Positions 1 through 11,160 of a stretch of DNA of 64,000 bases are shown here, piece by piece. The notes beneath the pieces are model-generated. The model saw only the letters and a program-made list of their open reading frames with translations, was not told where the DNA came from and did not search any database. Source of the DNA: Nitrosopumilus sp. (GTDB taxonomy: Archaea; Thermoproteota; Nitrososphaeria; Nitrososphaerales; Nitrosopumilaceae); assembly GCA_965207445.1 (NCBI GenBank), contig CBDBLX010000002.1, forward strand, positions 2,199,849 to 2,263,848, given 5' to 3'. Both the position numbers and the translations under genes were made by a program. Every line of letters begins with the position of its first letter. The stretch's first letter is position 1.

Positions 1-2232
1 TTATACATCATTGATGAAAATTACGCATACGCGCAAAAACAACACAACATCACTGCATCAAGTATAATGGTAGGTGAGTCCATCATACTTTCAATAACAA
101 ACGTCGGCAACGATGACGACACAGATGATACAACAAACATACAAAGCATAAAAGTGTGGTTAGATGAACAGGACAATCACATAACATTCAAGTCATTTAA
201 AACTGAGAGTGGTTGGGTAGGTCAAAAGGTACAACAAGTAATTACATTTACAGCAACAGTACCTCTCAAAGTTGGCGATTCTGTTAAATTTGGAATAAAG
301 ACAGACACACCGATATCAAGAATAAACTGGATGGCAATTGACCAAAGTGGAAACCAGGTAGCAATAGCACAATCCTTGCCAGATGACAATAACACACAAC
401 CAGAGTCTGATCCAGAGCCAGATCCTACGCCAATAACAACACCAGATCCAGATCCAGATCCTACGCCAATAACAACACCAGATCCAACACCAAAGGGGAT
501 CACATCAGAGTCTGACTTTAGAATAATACCTGCCAGAATAAACGTTGGAGATACGATCAGAGTAATAGGTGAAAAATTCGGATCATCTACAAGTTATGAA
601 TTCTACTTAGATGACATAAGACTTGGTACATTTACAACTGACAGTGATGGGAATTTCATAACCACACAGAACTTACCATCAGAAATGCAAGCAGATAGAG
701 TTGACTTTATAATAAAAGACTCAAACGGTGACACAGTTACAAGAAGTCTAAGGGTAAATCAAGCAGAAGTTAGAAGTGAGGTTCCAAATACAAGTGATAC
801 GCAACAACAACCATCAACAACAGGCTTTGCACCAATAACCATATCAGGTATTCCAAATACAGCAAAGGTTGGAGACAGGTTATCAATTCATGGAACAGCC
901 ACTGCAAACAAAACAATAGTCGTATACGTGAATGGTCCGGACAATACAATGCTAAGTTCGCACATAATACAAACAGACGAATCAGGCATATGGTTAATAC
1001 CAAAATCGTATCTGATAGGCGCCAACATGAAGATTGGAGACTATATTGTTTTTGCTACAGATGGCATACAAAATACACAAAAGACATTAACAGTCATATT
1101 TGAGGAGGATATTATAATAAGATCAGATAAAATAAGGTACGATCGTAGTGACACCATGACATTTAACATTACAACTAGTAATGAGGGTGGAGAATCAGTA
1201 AAGGTAGAACTAGAAAATCCAAACAATGTCATCGTATACTCAAATATACTAAATCTAAATAACACAAACTCAGTAGTGTTCAACTATAACATAGAGCATA
1301 CGGACTTTGAAGGCACATATACACTGCTTGTACAACATGGAAACAATAAAGAATTTCATTTTGTTGGAATAGATCAGATACCGACAATAAAGAACAGATT
1401 TGAGCTTGACAAGGTCAATTATGGTGCCACCGACACGGCTACAATAAACATAATAGCAAAACCACTTGAGACTGTCAAGCTCAACATACTAGATCAATCA
1501 GATACTCTCGTATATACAGAACAGATTGATGTACAGTCAGATGGTAAGAGTACCATAACACTCGATTTGAAAGAATTTGAGAATGGAATATACACAGCAG
1601 AGATTGAAAAGGGGACAGAAAAGACATCCAATGCATTTACGATAGGGCAATCAGGTGCAACCACAATTAACATTACACCTGTAAAACCACGATATTATCT
1701 AGGAGAGCAGATACTAGTCTCAATAGATACAGGTGACAGGATTGCCCCACTAACTATAGATTTGATAGATGTCAATGGTAATGTTGTAAATACAAAAGAA
1801 TCATTCTCAAACTTTATCAGAGAAAAAGATATGGACAGAAGTAAAGCATTAGAAACGCTACAAATCCCATCAAGTGGAAGTCTTGGGGAATGGACTATCA
1901 AAGTGACGAGTGGTGGAAATTCTGAATCTATTATCATTACGATAATACCAAGGGGCATCTCAATACACGTCTCAGAACCAGAAGGAGATAATTTGTCAGG
2001 TGTGAATTATATTGATGTGACTGTAATAGGTGCAAAACAGACAGTTAAAGTACACATAGAGACATTAGAGGGCCAGATAATTGGAGAAGAACAAAAGATC
2101 ACCATAACAGATGAGAATATCGCAATTGCTAAGATACTAATTCCAGATGATATTGTGCCAGGTACATATGTACTAAAGGCAATAGATACACATGGTCACA
2201 CTGCACAGACTGAAGTGGAAATAAACGGCTAA
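1..2232 (+). CDS. Large secreted/surface protein with Ig-like beta domains and a P/D/T-rich linker (5' end lies outside the window)
   Basis: The frame is open from base 1 (LYIIDENYAYAQKQ..., an AYA|Q signal-peptide-like site) into the 721-aa ORF. Repeated PDPTPITT linker, beta-rich composition. Confidence 0.7.
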   Translation, partial: LYIIDENYAYAQKQHNITASSIMVGESIILSITNVGNDDDTDDTTNIQSIKVWLDEQDNHITFKSFKTESGWVGQKVQQVITFTATVPLKVGDSVKFGIKTDTPISRINWMAIDQSGNQVAIAQSLPDDNNTQPESDPEPDPTPITTPDPDPDPTPITTPDPTPKGITSESDFRIIPARINVGDTIRVIGEKFGSSTSYEFYLDDIRLGTFTTDSDGNFITTQNLPSEMQADRVDFIIKDSNGDTVTRSLRVNQAEVRSEVPNTSDTQQQPSTTGFAPITISGIPNTAKVGDRLSIHGTATANKTIVVYVNGPDNTMLSSHIIQTDESGIWLIPKSYLIGANMKIGDYIVFATDGIQNTQKTLTVIFEEDIIIRSDKIRYDRSDTMTFNITTSNEGGESVKVELENPNNVIVYSNILNLNNTNSVVFNYNIEHTDFEGTYTLLVQHGNNKEFHFVGIDQIPTIKNRFELDKVNYGATDTATINIIAKPLETVKLNILDQSDTLVYTEQIDVQSDGKSTITLDLKEFENGIYTAEIEKGTEKTSNAFTIGQSGATTINITPVKPRYYLGEQILVSIDTGDRIAPLTIDLIDVNGNVVNTKESFSNFIREKDMDRSKALETLQIPSSGSLGEWTIKVTSGGNSESIIITIIPRGISIHVSEPEGDNLSGVNYIDVTVIGAKQTVKVHIETLEGQIIGEEQKITITDENIAIAKILIPDDIVPGTYVLKAIDTHGHTAQTEVEING

Positions 2233-2572
2233 TGTTTAGCATCATTAATCATCGACAATTCTTTGAGATAGTAGGTTGTTTTCAAAATTAATTTTAAAGT
2301 ATGCAAACAGATAATATCGCATAGTTAAAGTTCAACAAATGTATAGACAATATTATGTACACTTTAGGAAACAGTAATGTGTTGTTTGTGAAAATTATTA
2401 ATTAGCCATATTTACATACAAAGTATAATGAGATATTTGTATGATATAGTAAATATCATAACTTGTTGCCAATTATTAACGATGCATATCAAAATTGATA
2501 CTAAACTTGACTAGAGATAAATTTGTAAAATAGATCAAGACATTTATTATTAATAGTATTCAGATTAAAAAT

Positions 2573-3088
2573 ATGGATCTAAAAAGCATGGTAACAGACT
2601 ATGTAGGGTTTCCAAAAAAAGGAATAATATTTAGAGACTTTGGGCCAATACTACGAGAGCCAAAAGCACTCATGTTCATGACATCTGAGTTTGGAAAGCA
2701 TTTTGATAATATGAAACAGATAGACGTAATGGCAGGAATAGAGTCACGTGGGTTTATCACATCTACACTACTAGGTGCCACATTCAACAAAGGTGTCATA
2801 ATGATACGAAAGCCAGGTAAACTACCAGGCAATACAATAAAGAGATCATACGAATTGGAATATGGTCAAAGTGAGTTAGAGTTGCAGACAAACATAATAT
2901 CAAATGGGCAAAGAGTCCTAATATGCGATGACTTGCTTGCGACCGGAGGGACAGCAGAGGCAGCAGGGAAACTAGTAGAGAGTGCAGGTGGAATAGTGGC
3001 AGGTTATGCATTTATTATTGAACTCACAGGTTTGAGTGGTGCCAAAGTCATCTCAGAGTACAAATACAAGTCATTGATACAATATTAG
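2573..3088 (+). CDS. apt: Adenine phosphoribosyltransferase
   Basis: FPKKGIIFRD, GIESRGF, RKPGKLP, YELEYG and the PRPP-binding motif VLICDDLLATGGT. Confidence 0.95.
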   Translation: MDLKSMVTDYVGFPKKGIIFRDFGPILREPKALMFMTSEFGKHFDNMKQIDVMAGIESRGFITSTLLGATFNKGVIMIRKPGKLPGNTIKRSYELEYGQSELELQTNIISNGQRVLICDDLLATGGTAEAAGKLVESAGGIVAGYAFIIELTGLSGAKVISEYKYKSLIQY

Positions 3089-3289
3089 AGGGGTAGGTGA
3101 TCAGGCCATGCCTAATATGATTACGTATATTTTTTAGTAAAATGAGTTGGCATGATGCGTGTTTTTTAATGCAGGTGTGGTACGCCGACTTTAAACATAC
3201 CGTAAAGTCTCACGATAAAATAGTGGTAATGTTTGGCCACATTAATTACATAATTTAAAAGGTATATAATTATATGTATTTAATGCACA

Positions 3290-3475
3290 GATACAAAATA
3301 TAAAGTGCAAGTCAAAAAAATGAAATAAAATTTAGAGATCAATTCTCAATATATCCTTACCAAAAATGTGTCACATGTACATACACTGAGAAAAACAGCA
3401 GGCAAACACAGGAGATTTTTTTATGGGTGCAATGCAAACACTACATTACAAGTGATTCATTAACAAATCACACGA
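3290..3475 (+). pseudogene. Decayed 3' end of an IS200/IS605 tnpB (Zn-ribbon region)
   Basis: Translates as ...QKCVTCTYTEKNSRQTQEIFLWVQCKH, resembling the TnpB TSQxCxxC...FxCxxC motif. A paralogous copy lies at 4510-4650. Confidence 0.55.
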
Positions 3476-3499
3476 TAATCTAGTAAGTCTTTACATTAA

Positions 3500-3648
3500 A
3501 TGTGAACTAGACCCAACTGGGAGATTTTTGAAAGATTTTCTAAGTGAATCATCACTGTTCCAAATAAGAGAGCAATGCCCAATGCAGAGTTGAATACGAT
3601 TGTTTTGATGAAAAGCGTCACAAAGCTAAAGGTAAAAATATGTCTTCG
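3500..3648 (+). repeat. ~150-bp dispersed repeat, probably an IS630-family 3' remnant (copy 1)
   Basis: Near-identical to 6200-6345. Reads CELDPTGRFLK / CELDPTERFLK, similar to the IS630 'ELNPIERFWK' motif. Confidence 0.5.
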
Positions 3649-3685
3649 TTAGGAATAGAGTGACTACATACAGAGGAATAAGATT

Positions 3686-4486
3686 ATGAGTAATACGGTT
3701 ACAGCAGAGATTGGAATATTTGGTGGAACGGGCATATATGACTCTGGATTGTTAGATGGTGCACAAGAAATAAAGATAGATACAAAATATGGTGCAACAT
3801 CAGATGTAATAACAGTTGGAGTATTTCAAAACAGAAAAGTTGCGTTTCTTCCAAGACACGGACGTAAGCACACCATACCACCACATATGATAAACTTTAG
3901 AGCAAATATAGAAGCATTCAAGAGGATCGGAGTCACACATATAATAGCACCATCGGCAGTAGGAAGCCTCAGAGAAGATCTAAAACCAGGAGACTTTGTG
4001 TTACCATCGCAATATATTGACTATACAAAATCAAGAGAGTACTCGTTTTCAGAAACAGGAAGGGTCATACACATATCAATGGCAGAGCCATTTTGCCCAC
4101 AATTACAAGATGTGGTTGTATCTGTGGCATCAAAATTAGATATCTCACTTGCAGTAAACAAAACATACGTATGTATCGAAGGGCCGAGATTTTCAACAAA
4201 AGCAGAATCCAAGATGTACAGGCAGTTTGGGGCAGATATAATCGGGATGACATTGGTTCCGGAATGTCAGTTGGCAAGAGAGGCTCAGATATGCTATACA
4301 TCAATTGCAACAGTCACAGATTATGATGCATGGGCCGAAAAACCGGTGACTGCAAAAGAGGTCATAGAAACACTCTCAAAGAATGTAGAGCGGATAAAAA
4401 AGCTGTTGACAGAGTTGATACCAAATATACCCAATACGCATCGTACGTGTGCATGTGCAAGAGCACTAGAGGAAGCAGAGTTCTAG
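3686..4486 (+). CDS. mtnP: S-methyl-5'-thioadenosine phosphorylase (MTAP)
   Basis: [47 protein letters not shown]. Confidence 0.95.
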   Translation: MSNTVTAEIGIFGGTGIYDSGLLDGAQEIKIDTKYGATSDVITVGVFQNRKVAFLPRHGRKHTIPPHMINFRANIEAFKRIGVTHIIAPSAVGSLREDLKPGDFVLPSQYIDYTKSREYSFSETGRVIHISMAEPFCPQLQDVVVSVASKLDISLAVNKTYVCIEGPRFSTKAESKMYRQFGADIIGMTLVPECQLAREAQICYTSIATVTDYDAWAEKPVTAKEVIETLSKNVERIKKLLTELIPNIPNTHRTCACARALEEAEF

Positions 4487-4509
4487 TATTAATTGGGACA
4501 GATGATAAC

Positions 4510-4650
4510 TGCCAGAAATGCGCAGCATGTGTATACACTGAGAAAAACAATAGACAAACACTGGAGGTTTTTTTGTAGAGGTAATGCAAACACACAGACA
4601 ATACAATGCAGACAATACATTACAAATGATTTGTTAACAAATCACGCTGT
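4510..4650 (+). pseudogene. Decayed 3' end of an IS200/IS605 tnpB (copy 2)
   Basis: CQKCAACVYTEKNNRQTLEVFL*R*CKHTDN..., with in-frame stops. Homologous to 3374-3472. Confidence 0.55.
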
Positions 4651-4699
4651 AAGCAAGTAGTGCAGTAACGATCACAAGTCCATGTACGCCAATTTTACA

Positions 4700-4955
4700 C
4701 AATTTTATGCCTGAAAAGATCATAATTTGTGCTTGACAAGGAACCATGATACACTTCTAAAAAGACACATGATTTCTTTAGAACACATGGCAACATCATC
4801 TTGTGGTCCTACTGGACATCTGTATCTAAATCCGATAGAAGAGGTATGGAGTATACTCAAGTGAACAGTTGATAACGCAATTAGATGTGTGGATAAAACC
4901 ACCCATCTAAACGCCGTGTACAAGTTTATTGATAATCATATATTTGAGTAAATTT
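4700..4955 (+). pseudogene. IS630-family transposase C-terminal remnant
   Basis: Reads HLYLNPIEEVWSILK*, matching the IS630 'LNPIE..W..LK' motif. Interrupted by stops. Confidence 0.45.
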
Positions 4956-5410
4956 AAAAAGTTTTGAAAGCGCCGGCCACTAAAAAGTCTCATATGTCCA
5001 TTTGTAAAGGCAAATCCCAGCACTGCTGATTCCAAAATAGGCGAATTTTGTGGACTAAAAGTACCCGTCTACCATCTCCATATTTACATGTCCCGTCGCA
5101 TGTTAGTGTATGTGTGCATTATGGAGTCCCATCACCATATTTTTTGATACTTTATCTTTTAAAAAATATTGCAAATCTGAATTACTGAGTATTTCTATGC
5201 AAAGATATATGTTAAAAATTACCTAGCATGATTTTTTCGTTGTGCCAGAATTTATGAACATCTCTACACCCAGAAGATTAGTGGACAGCGCCGGGGTCCG
5301 GCCCACTCATGTCACTGTTGCCGCCTCCTGTGCCTCTAAGCACTTGATTTTGATCGGTCTACGTTAGATGTGTCCACCCATTAGTAATCACACACAAACT
5401 TAACTGCTCC

Positions 5411-5821
5411 TTAAGAAGGACGTATGGGTTTATACCAATGTGGTGTGATTGTATTTACATCTAGATCTTTGTATATTAGATAGAATAAAACTTCGTAAAT
5501 CTTGAGATTCGTTGTCGAAAATATTCGAAAAATAATTTTATTGTCTTGATTCTTTAACAGGATCTCGTTTGTATTATCCTTGAACATAAAATCATCATAA
5601 TTCACATACAGTATGACATATTTATTATGATAAAAATCGAGTATTATCTGCTTTAGTTCTTCTATACTTTTATTTCCTTTAATTAGCAACTTTTCCTGAC
5701 ATTTTGATTGGAGTGTGGTGACTTTCTCACTAATTGTTTCTGTGTTTTTTGCCAATAATGACTCGCGCAAGTTTGGTGGGTATGAAAAGGAAAAAAGGTA
5801 GAAAGAAAGTGTTTTTTTCAT
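5411..5821 (-). CDS. Hypothetical protein (start uncertain; the ORF extends to 6019)
   Basis: AT-rich ORF starting MKKTLSFYLF. No recognisable motif. Confidence 0.35.
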   Translation of the reverse strand: MKKTLSFYLFSFSYPPNLRESLLAKNTETISEKVTTLQSKCQEKLLIKGNKSIEELKQIILDFYHNKYVILYVNYDDFMFKDNTNEILLKNQDNKIIFRIFSTTNLKIYEVLFYLIYKDLDVNTITPHWYKPIRPS

Positions 5822-6031
5822 GGTGTTGGATCGTAACCGTCTTCGAGGCTTTGAATATGTATGTTTGAATCGATCTGTCCCAAAAAAAGCCCCTGGTAAT
5901 TCAAGTACCATGTAGTTTTCATTGGTATTCCAGTTGGTGCATGTCATAGTAATATCACCGCTGCTACCATCGTCTTGACTACGCGTGTACGGAGAACATC
6001 TACTGCCGACAATGATCAACGTGCATGCATG

Positions 6032-6137
6032 ATAGTTTCATTAAAGATCCGATAGTTTTCTAATATTTTGTATTCATAATATGTGCTCAACTTCGAGATG
6101 AATATCAATTAAAATATCGGATCTTTAATCATATCAG
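6032..6137. mobile_element. MITE family 1 (106 bp, IS630-derived)
   Basis: Ends atagtttcattaaagatccgat / atcggatctttaatcatatcag match the ends of the IS630 element at 23591-25256. TA on the right side. Confidence 0.85.
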
Positions 6138-6139
6138 TA

Positions 6140-6198
6140 TGCACCAGATGTTAGGTGGCGAGTCTGTGCCTAAATTTGGGAAGAGGTTGAACGGTTAC
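6140..6198. mobile_element. Partial MITE family 3
   Basis: Ends in gttgaacggttac; the internal gcctaaatttgggaa matches the other family 3 copies. Confidence 0.7.
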
Positions 6199-6199
6199 A

Positions 6200-6345
6200 G
6201 ATGTGAACTAGATCCAACTGAAAGGTTTTTGAAAGATTTTCTAAAGTAAATCATCACTGTTCCAAATAAGAGAGTAAGACCCAATGCAAAGTTGAATACG
6301 ATTGTTTTGACAAAAAGCGTCACAAAGCTAAAGGTAAAAGTAAGA
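6200..6345 (+). repeat. ~150-bp dispersed repeat, probably an IS630 remnant (copy 2)
   Basis: Near-identical to 3500-3648. Confidence 0.5.
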
Positions 6346-6659
6346 CTTTATTGTGAATGGTATGATCATGTATATTGACACAACCATCAATATGATGTTT
6401 CAAATAAAGAATCGAAAATTCCATCGACAAACATCTATGAATCAAAAATAATAAATGGACATAAAAGACCAAAAACTTTCGGATCGTTGTTTTAATTACT
6501 AAGCATTATTGTCATCATCATCAGTATCATCATCAGTATCACAATAATAACAATCAGCACCAACACTAAGATTGCATGAAATATTATTTACACAGCAACT
6601 AGTAACAAAACACACTACAACAGCAACTAGTCCAAAAATCAAAACGTAACTACAATGTA

Positions 6660-6968
6660 TCACGTGTTATTATCATGCAAGTTATCATCTGCAAACATTT
6701 CACGTGACAGTCCTTTTGGGAGAGTCAAGTCACCTTGTAATAGATTCTTTTGAAGCTGCATTATCACATCATCAAGATCATAACCTGCAGCCTTTATCTC
6801 AGATTCTACTGATTCGGACAACTTTGCTCCAATGTTTTGACCACCTATTCGTCCAAACGCAATTGCTTCAAAAGGATACACACTAGCATCATCTAGGGCA
6901 AATGTACCATCGATTTTAGCCGCCATCTGAGTTCCATCTATTGCATTGATATTTACACGAATATCCAT
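6660..6968 (-). CDS. Conserved thaumarchaeal hypothetical protein
   Basis: MDIRVNINAIDG...FEAIAFGRIGGQNIG. Tightly linked to its two neighbours. Confidence 0.7.
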   Translation of the reverse strand: MDIRVNINAIDGTQMAAKIDGTFALDDASVYPFEAIAFGRIGGQNIGAKLSESVESEIKAAGYDLDDVIMQLQKNLLQGDLTLPKGLSREMFADDNLHDNNT

Positions 6969-6972
6969 GCAA

Positions 6973-7386
6973 TCAGATCTCCACTGCTTTATTGACATGA
7001 TCTTCTATTAGAAAACTCCAATGCTGATCATCTACTAGTGCAAAGTTCGATACAGGGATCTTGATTATACGCTCATCTAATGATTCATGGACCAACGTAC
7101 CATGCTCTTTGAGTTTTACAAGTTTCCATTTGTCTTTACCTTGCTGTAATTTGGAGACACATACGGCCCATTTTTCATCAGAGTTTATGCGCGGCATTCC
7201 AACTAGGTCAGTAAGTTCTTCGATACCAAGCTGTTTTTCCTCACAAAATATCTTTTTGCACAACGGACAACGCCATACATCAACAGAGCCAATTGTGCGC
7301 TCACTGATGTTAATATTCACCACACCAAAGTAGACAGGTTGACATTTGCAAGTGTCAGGGTCAATTGTAGTAGACACAATGCACAC
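6973..7386 (-). CDS. Conserved hypothetical protein with Cys motifs (CxC, CxxC)
   Basis: 137-aa ORF in an apparent operon. Confidence 0.7.
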   Translation of the reverse strand: MCIVSTTIDPDTCKCQPVYFGVVNINISERTIGSVDVWRCPLCKKIFCEEKQLGIEELTDLVGMPRINSDEKWAVCVSKLQQGKDKWKLVKLKEHGTLVHESLDERIIKIPVSNFALVDDQHWSFLIEDHVNKAVEI

Positions 7387-7398
7387 GCCAATCTTCCT

Positions 7399-7755
7399 TT
7401 ATTTAGTCCTTGCAGAATCATATGGTTGTTCTAATGCAGCACCTATAGCATCAATCACACGATTGCGCCCAAATTTCTTGTTTTGGCGCTCGCATATACG
7501 CCGAAACATGTTAACAGCAGTAAAGCGAGGATGCATAGCCTCAAAAGTGGTCTCGGTCATTTTAATAAAGGCACCTAGTTCGACAAGAGACTCTGCAGCA
7601 GCACTAGCATCAAATTCAGATACATCGAGGTGTTTTGCAATCATTTGAGGCGACATTTGTCCATTACACGTAACAAGCAAGTAAATTTGTGCTTGTATAA
7701 CACTGATTCCAAGCTCAGAGATCAGGTCATTTTGTATATTAGACGGTAACGACAT
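7399..7755 (-). CDS. TrmB-like winged-helix transcriptional regulator
   Basis: ELGIS..QAQIYLLV...MSPQMIAKHL...LVELG...FEAMHP. Confidence 0.75.
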   Translation of the reverse strand: MSLPSNIQNDLISELGISVIQAQIYLLVTCNGQMSPQMIAKHLDVSEFDASAAAESLVELGAFIKMTETTFEAMHPRFTAVNMFRRICERQNKKFGRNRVIDAIGAALEQPYDSARTK

Positions 7756-7798
7756 ATTTTACCACACATAATATACAAAATAAAGGTGTCAATCTGTT

Positions 7799-7868
7799 GT
7801 GTGAACCAAGCTCCGTGCCTAGAAAATCCGCCAAACACCATTTTCCACGCACAGAGCTTGGTTCACAC
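7799..7868. mobile_element. Short (70 bp) MITE family 2 variant with 8-bp TSD
   Basis: IR gtgtgaaccaagctc / gagcttggttcacac, flanked by aatctgtt on both sides. Confidence 0.9.
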
Positions 7869-7890
7869 AATCTGTTTAATTGTCCAATCC

Positions 7891-8039
7891 GTGTGAACCA
7901 ACCTCCATGACTGATATGATCATTCAAAAATAACTTCTAGCCAAATGTATCGCATGTATGGTACTCAATATGCAGGTAGGGATGTGACCAAATACAAGTA
8001 TATGGTTTCATTATTATGTCCAAAGATCTTGGTTCACAC
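7891..8039. mobile_element. MITE family 2 (~149 bp)
   Basis: gtgtgaacc...ggttcacac ends; interior homologous to the copies at 10431, 36561, 42477, 53663, 55205 and 57332. Confidence 0.85.
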
Positions 8040-8084
8040 TCATGGAGGGATACTTGCTCTGTTGTGCTTATCTTGGCGTGCTTA

Positions 8085-8190
8085 ATAGTTTCATTAAAGA
8101 TCCGATAGTTTTCTAATATTTTGTATTCATAATATGTACTCAACTTCGAGATGAATATCAATCAAAATATCGGATCTTTAATCATATCAG
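8085..8190. mobile_element. MITE family 1 (106 bp), TA-flanked
   Basis: Near-identical to 6032-6137; TA on both sides. Confidence 0.9.
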
Positions 8191-8191
8191 T

Positions 8192-8687
8192 ATGCTTTAG
8201 CACGGACTTGAGCACCCTCTTAAAGTCCCGCAGTTCCTTGTCGTCCCGTACGGAAAACGACACGCCCATCATCCCATAGTCTTGAAGGTTATCGTCAAAA
8301 AACGAGTGTCCAGTGCATGCACCCAACCGCGTGTCCCACCAGCAGGGGGACGTCATAAAAGTAGCTGTCATAATAGTCATAGCCGTCATTGCGCCTCTCA
8401 AGGAACCGCACCACTACGACCTTTTCCGGGGCCCGCCTTACCACCAGCATCCTTTTTCTCGCAGTCTTGGCTGCCGGATCTAAACCTTCCAGTATGTCCC
8501 CGTGGTGTAACGCGACGCCGCGCCTGAGCCGGATCTCTGCCCGTCCGCTCGCCTTTGTCCGGACAGCCTGCCTGCCCTTTGCCATGGAGTCCCTGGAGAT
8601 AGTGACGGTGTCATCGGCGCCCGCGCCGCCTCTCTTGTTCCCGCCAGCAAAGACATTGACTATCCTCCTGGTGTATGTGGCGGCCAT
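8192..8687 (-). pseudogene. ureE: UreE-like urease accessory protein, frameshifted and 3'-truncated
   Basis: RTKASGRAEIRLRRGVALHHGDIL...PEKVVVVR...LLVGHAVG.MHW. A +1 frameshift in a T6 run near 8300 continues as FDDNLQDY...; the 3' end abuts a MITE. Confidence 0.6.
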
Positions 8688-9215
8688 GGCTTGCGTCACT
8701 ACCGGGCGCCAATATACATTCCTCCGCACTGCGAGGCAAAAGTAAACCTTGCAATGGGCGAATGCAATGCAGGGTGAGCTGGAGTGGAGGGCTGACCCCG
8801 TCAATTGAGAGCGCTTTTTGGCATGAAAAAGGAAACACCGTCGGTCATTTGTTTGGTTGGGGCCGCGAGGGAGCGGGTGTAAAGTGTGTCAACCCGTGCG
8901 CGAATGGAAGGCGGGCGCGCAGGGCGGGGCGGCAAGGCCACCGCGCCGACCAAGATGTCTTCATACACGCCGCAGGATCTGTATTCACGTTACTCGGCGA
9001 CGTGTCTCGCACCGCGAGAACCACACAAAAGACGGCTCAACCCATTGCCCCATATTCACAACATAAGACGGCTAGAGGAGTACAATCCTGTTCAGGGAAC
9101 GTGTGTCAGACCCAACCGCGTGACGCATCAGCCTTGCCAAAATCCCTCAAGCCTACAAAAGGCACTCCAGATCCAGATATACCTCCTTATATAACGCAAG
9201 GTGTAATGGTGTGCA

Positions 9216-9944
9216 ATGACCACAAAAAATGCACAATACGCCATCTTGGGGGTGGTTGCGATCGCGGCGTTGCTCGTAATGCCCACGGCGCTCAACCAGT
9301 CCGAGGCGCAATCCAGCCCAACGTATGATCCCGAGATGGTCGAATACATACGCACCGTCATCAGCCAGACAGGTACCGCCACGATTACCGAGGCCGACGA
9401 CACACGAAGAGTCACCACCACGAACACGGTCGTGCAGGACGGCTCCACGTACGCCGTGCACACGGTCACCACTGCAGACGGCACCACCATCAACGACGAA
9501 ACCGTGGCCATCACGCAGAACAACGACGGAACGTACAGGTTGGTGAACACGGACAGGAGCATAGACGTGGTATTTACAGACGACGAGAGCGACTACCTGC
9601 AGGGACGTGCATCACAAAGTCTGACGCGGACGATCATCACACTGAGTGATCGCGCTTACGCAGACGAGGGCGAGCTGATTGTCCTAAGTGACGACTACAG
9701 GGGATGCTTGGGCAACTATGCCACATTCACAGCAGCCGTAGACACCACCGACGACACATACATGACATGGAGAGCGCAACCCCAGTTCTTCTCGTACTGC
9801 TTCCTGTATCAAGGGTTCGACCAAGTCAAGATCACGCACGAAGGACACACAGTCTACGATTCGTCAAGGCAGTCCAGCATCGACATGTGGAACGCCAACG
9901 GAGAAGGCTGGTACTCGGCAACGGTCAATGTATACTACAACTAG
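9216..9944 (+). CDS. Secreted hypothetical protein (GC-rich island)
   Basis: N-terminal hydrophobic signal (YAILGVVAIAALLVMPTA), upstream TATA-like ttatata, GC-rich third codon positions. Confidence 0.75.
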   Translation: MTTKNAQYAILGVVAIAALLVMPTALNQSEAQSSPTYDPEMVEYIRTVISQTGTATITEADDTRRVTTTNTVVQDGSTYAVHTVTTADGTTINDETVAITQNNDGTYRLVNTDRSIDVVFTDDESDYLQGRASQSLTRTIITLSDRAYADEGELIVLSDDYRGCLGNYATFTAAVDTTDDTYMTWRAQPQFFSYCFLYQGFDQVKITHEGHTVYDSSRQSSIDMWNANGEGWYSATVNVYYN

Positions 9945-9959
9945 AGGCACCGAGGCATC

Positions 9960-10268
9960 ATGACCAAACCCATCTTCTTTTTTTGGATGATAACGAGCGT
10001 CTGCGCAATGTGCGTCAGTGGGTTTATCGCCGCGCAGAACCTGACGGCGCAGGTAGATGGCATGATGGGTGGGTGGACCTTGTCCTTTTGGGACAGGGTG
10101 TGGACGGACTGGGGCATTCACCTTAGCTTCACGTTTGTAGCCGTTTTTGGCGCGATATTTAGTGCGACATCCTATGCGGCTGTGCAACACGGCATACTGA
10201 CCAGAAATCATGTTATCATAATTCTGATTGGAATCGTATTGTTTACAATCGGCTTGGAATATGCCTAA
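9960..10268 (+). CDS. Small membrane protein (about 3 TM segments)
   Basis: Hydrophobic segments; starts 15 bp after the previous gene. Confidence 0.6.
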   Translation: MTKPIFFFWMITSVCAMCVSGFIAAQNLTAQVDGMMGGWTLSFWDRVWTDWGIHLSFTFVAVFGAIFSATSYAAVQHGILTRNHVIIILIGIVLFTIGLEYA

Positions 10269-10430
10269 ACCGAATCTGCGCACCACCCGAAGGGCCGCTA
10301 TCCGTTCCTCAAACTTGGCCTTGTGCTTGCGCACCACCTTGGACACATTCTCGTTCTCGGCGGCCACCCCGACCAGATCATCGCGCAATATAGCCGTCTC
10401 CGACTTATGCGGGTTGATAGCCACAGTGAT

Positions 10431-10578
10431 GCGTGAACCAAGATCCATGATAAAATGATCATTCAAAAATAGCGCCTAGCCAAATGCAACGCATGCACGA
10501 TACTCAATATACAGGCAAGGGTGTGACCAAATACAAGTATATGATTTCATTATTACGTCCAAAGAGCTTGGTTCACAC
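10431..10578. mobile_element. MITE family 2
   Basis: gcgtgaaccaag...cttggttcacac; same orientation as 7891-8039. Confidence 0.85.
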
Positions 10579-10582
10579 GTTT

Positions 10583-10843
10583 TTATTTGTCATTTTGCCC
10601 ATCAGATGAGTCTCGTCCCACGAGTAGACGTCTAGATATTTTAAGTGAAAAACCCATAGCAATAAAGTGAGCTATAACGCCTGCAATTGCGCCGATCATC
10701 AAATCATCTAGTACAACCCACGCCAAAAAAAAGACCAAAAGGGAGGGTGCAGTAACTATAACACCAATAAGTGATCCTTTTTTGACGATATCTTTGGTCG
10801 TGAGTTTTGTAGGTTTGCGTGAGATATCATCAAAAGGCGACAA
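10583..10843 (-). CDS. Small two-TM membrane protein
   Basis: Two hydrophobic helices. Confidence 0.65.
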   Translation of the reverse strand: MSPFDDISRKPTKLTTKDIVKKGSLIGVIVTAPSLLVFFLAWVVLDDLMIGAIAGVIAHFIAMGFSLKISRRLLVGRDSSDGQNDK

Positions 10844-11160
10844 TCTGATAATGACAAACTTTTGAGAGTTATAAAAATTAGTGTATGGGGCAGTAATATA
10901 CTAATTTAGATTTTAAAATATGATTTTAAAATATGATTTTATATATCAAGTCAAATAGGCACCAACTAAATATAAAATGACGCAAATCCAAAGAACTTAC
11001 ACAATAATGAAGATATGCCCAAATTATAAAATCTGATCGTTTTTAAGATCGCATGTAATCCCAATTATAATTAAATATTAGGACATATTTATGTATAGTA
11101 AAATATTAATTTTTACACTCAACAACGTCTTTATATTTGTCAGACTAAAATTCAATATAC

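Noticed and set aside
7937..8161. Short ORFs over MITEs (also 53684-53938, 57235-57447, 49788-50057)
   Set aside because: Chance frames across non-coding repeats.
8675..10466. Many overlapping ORFs in the GC-rich island
   Set aside because: Expected shadow ORFs at high GC; only 9216-9944 and 9960-10268 look like genes.
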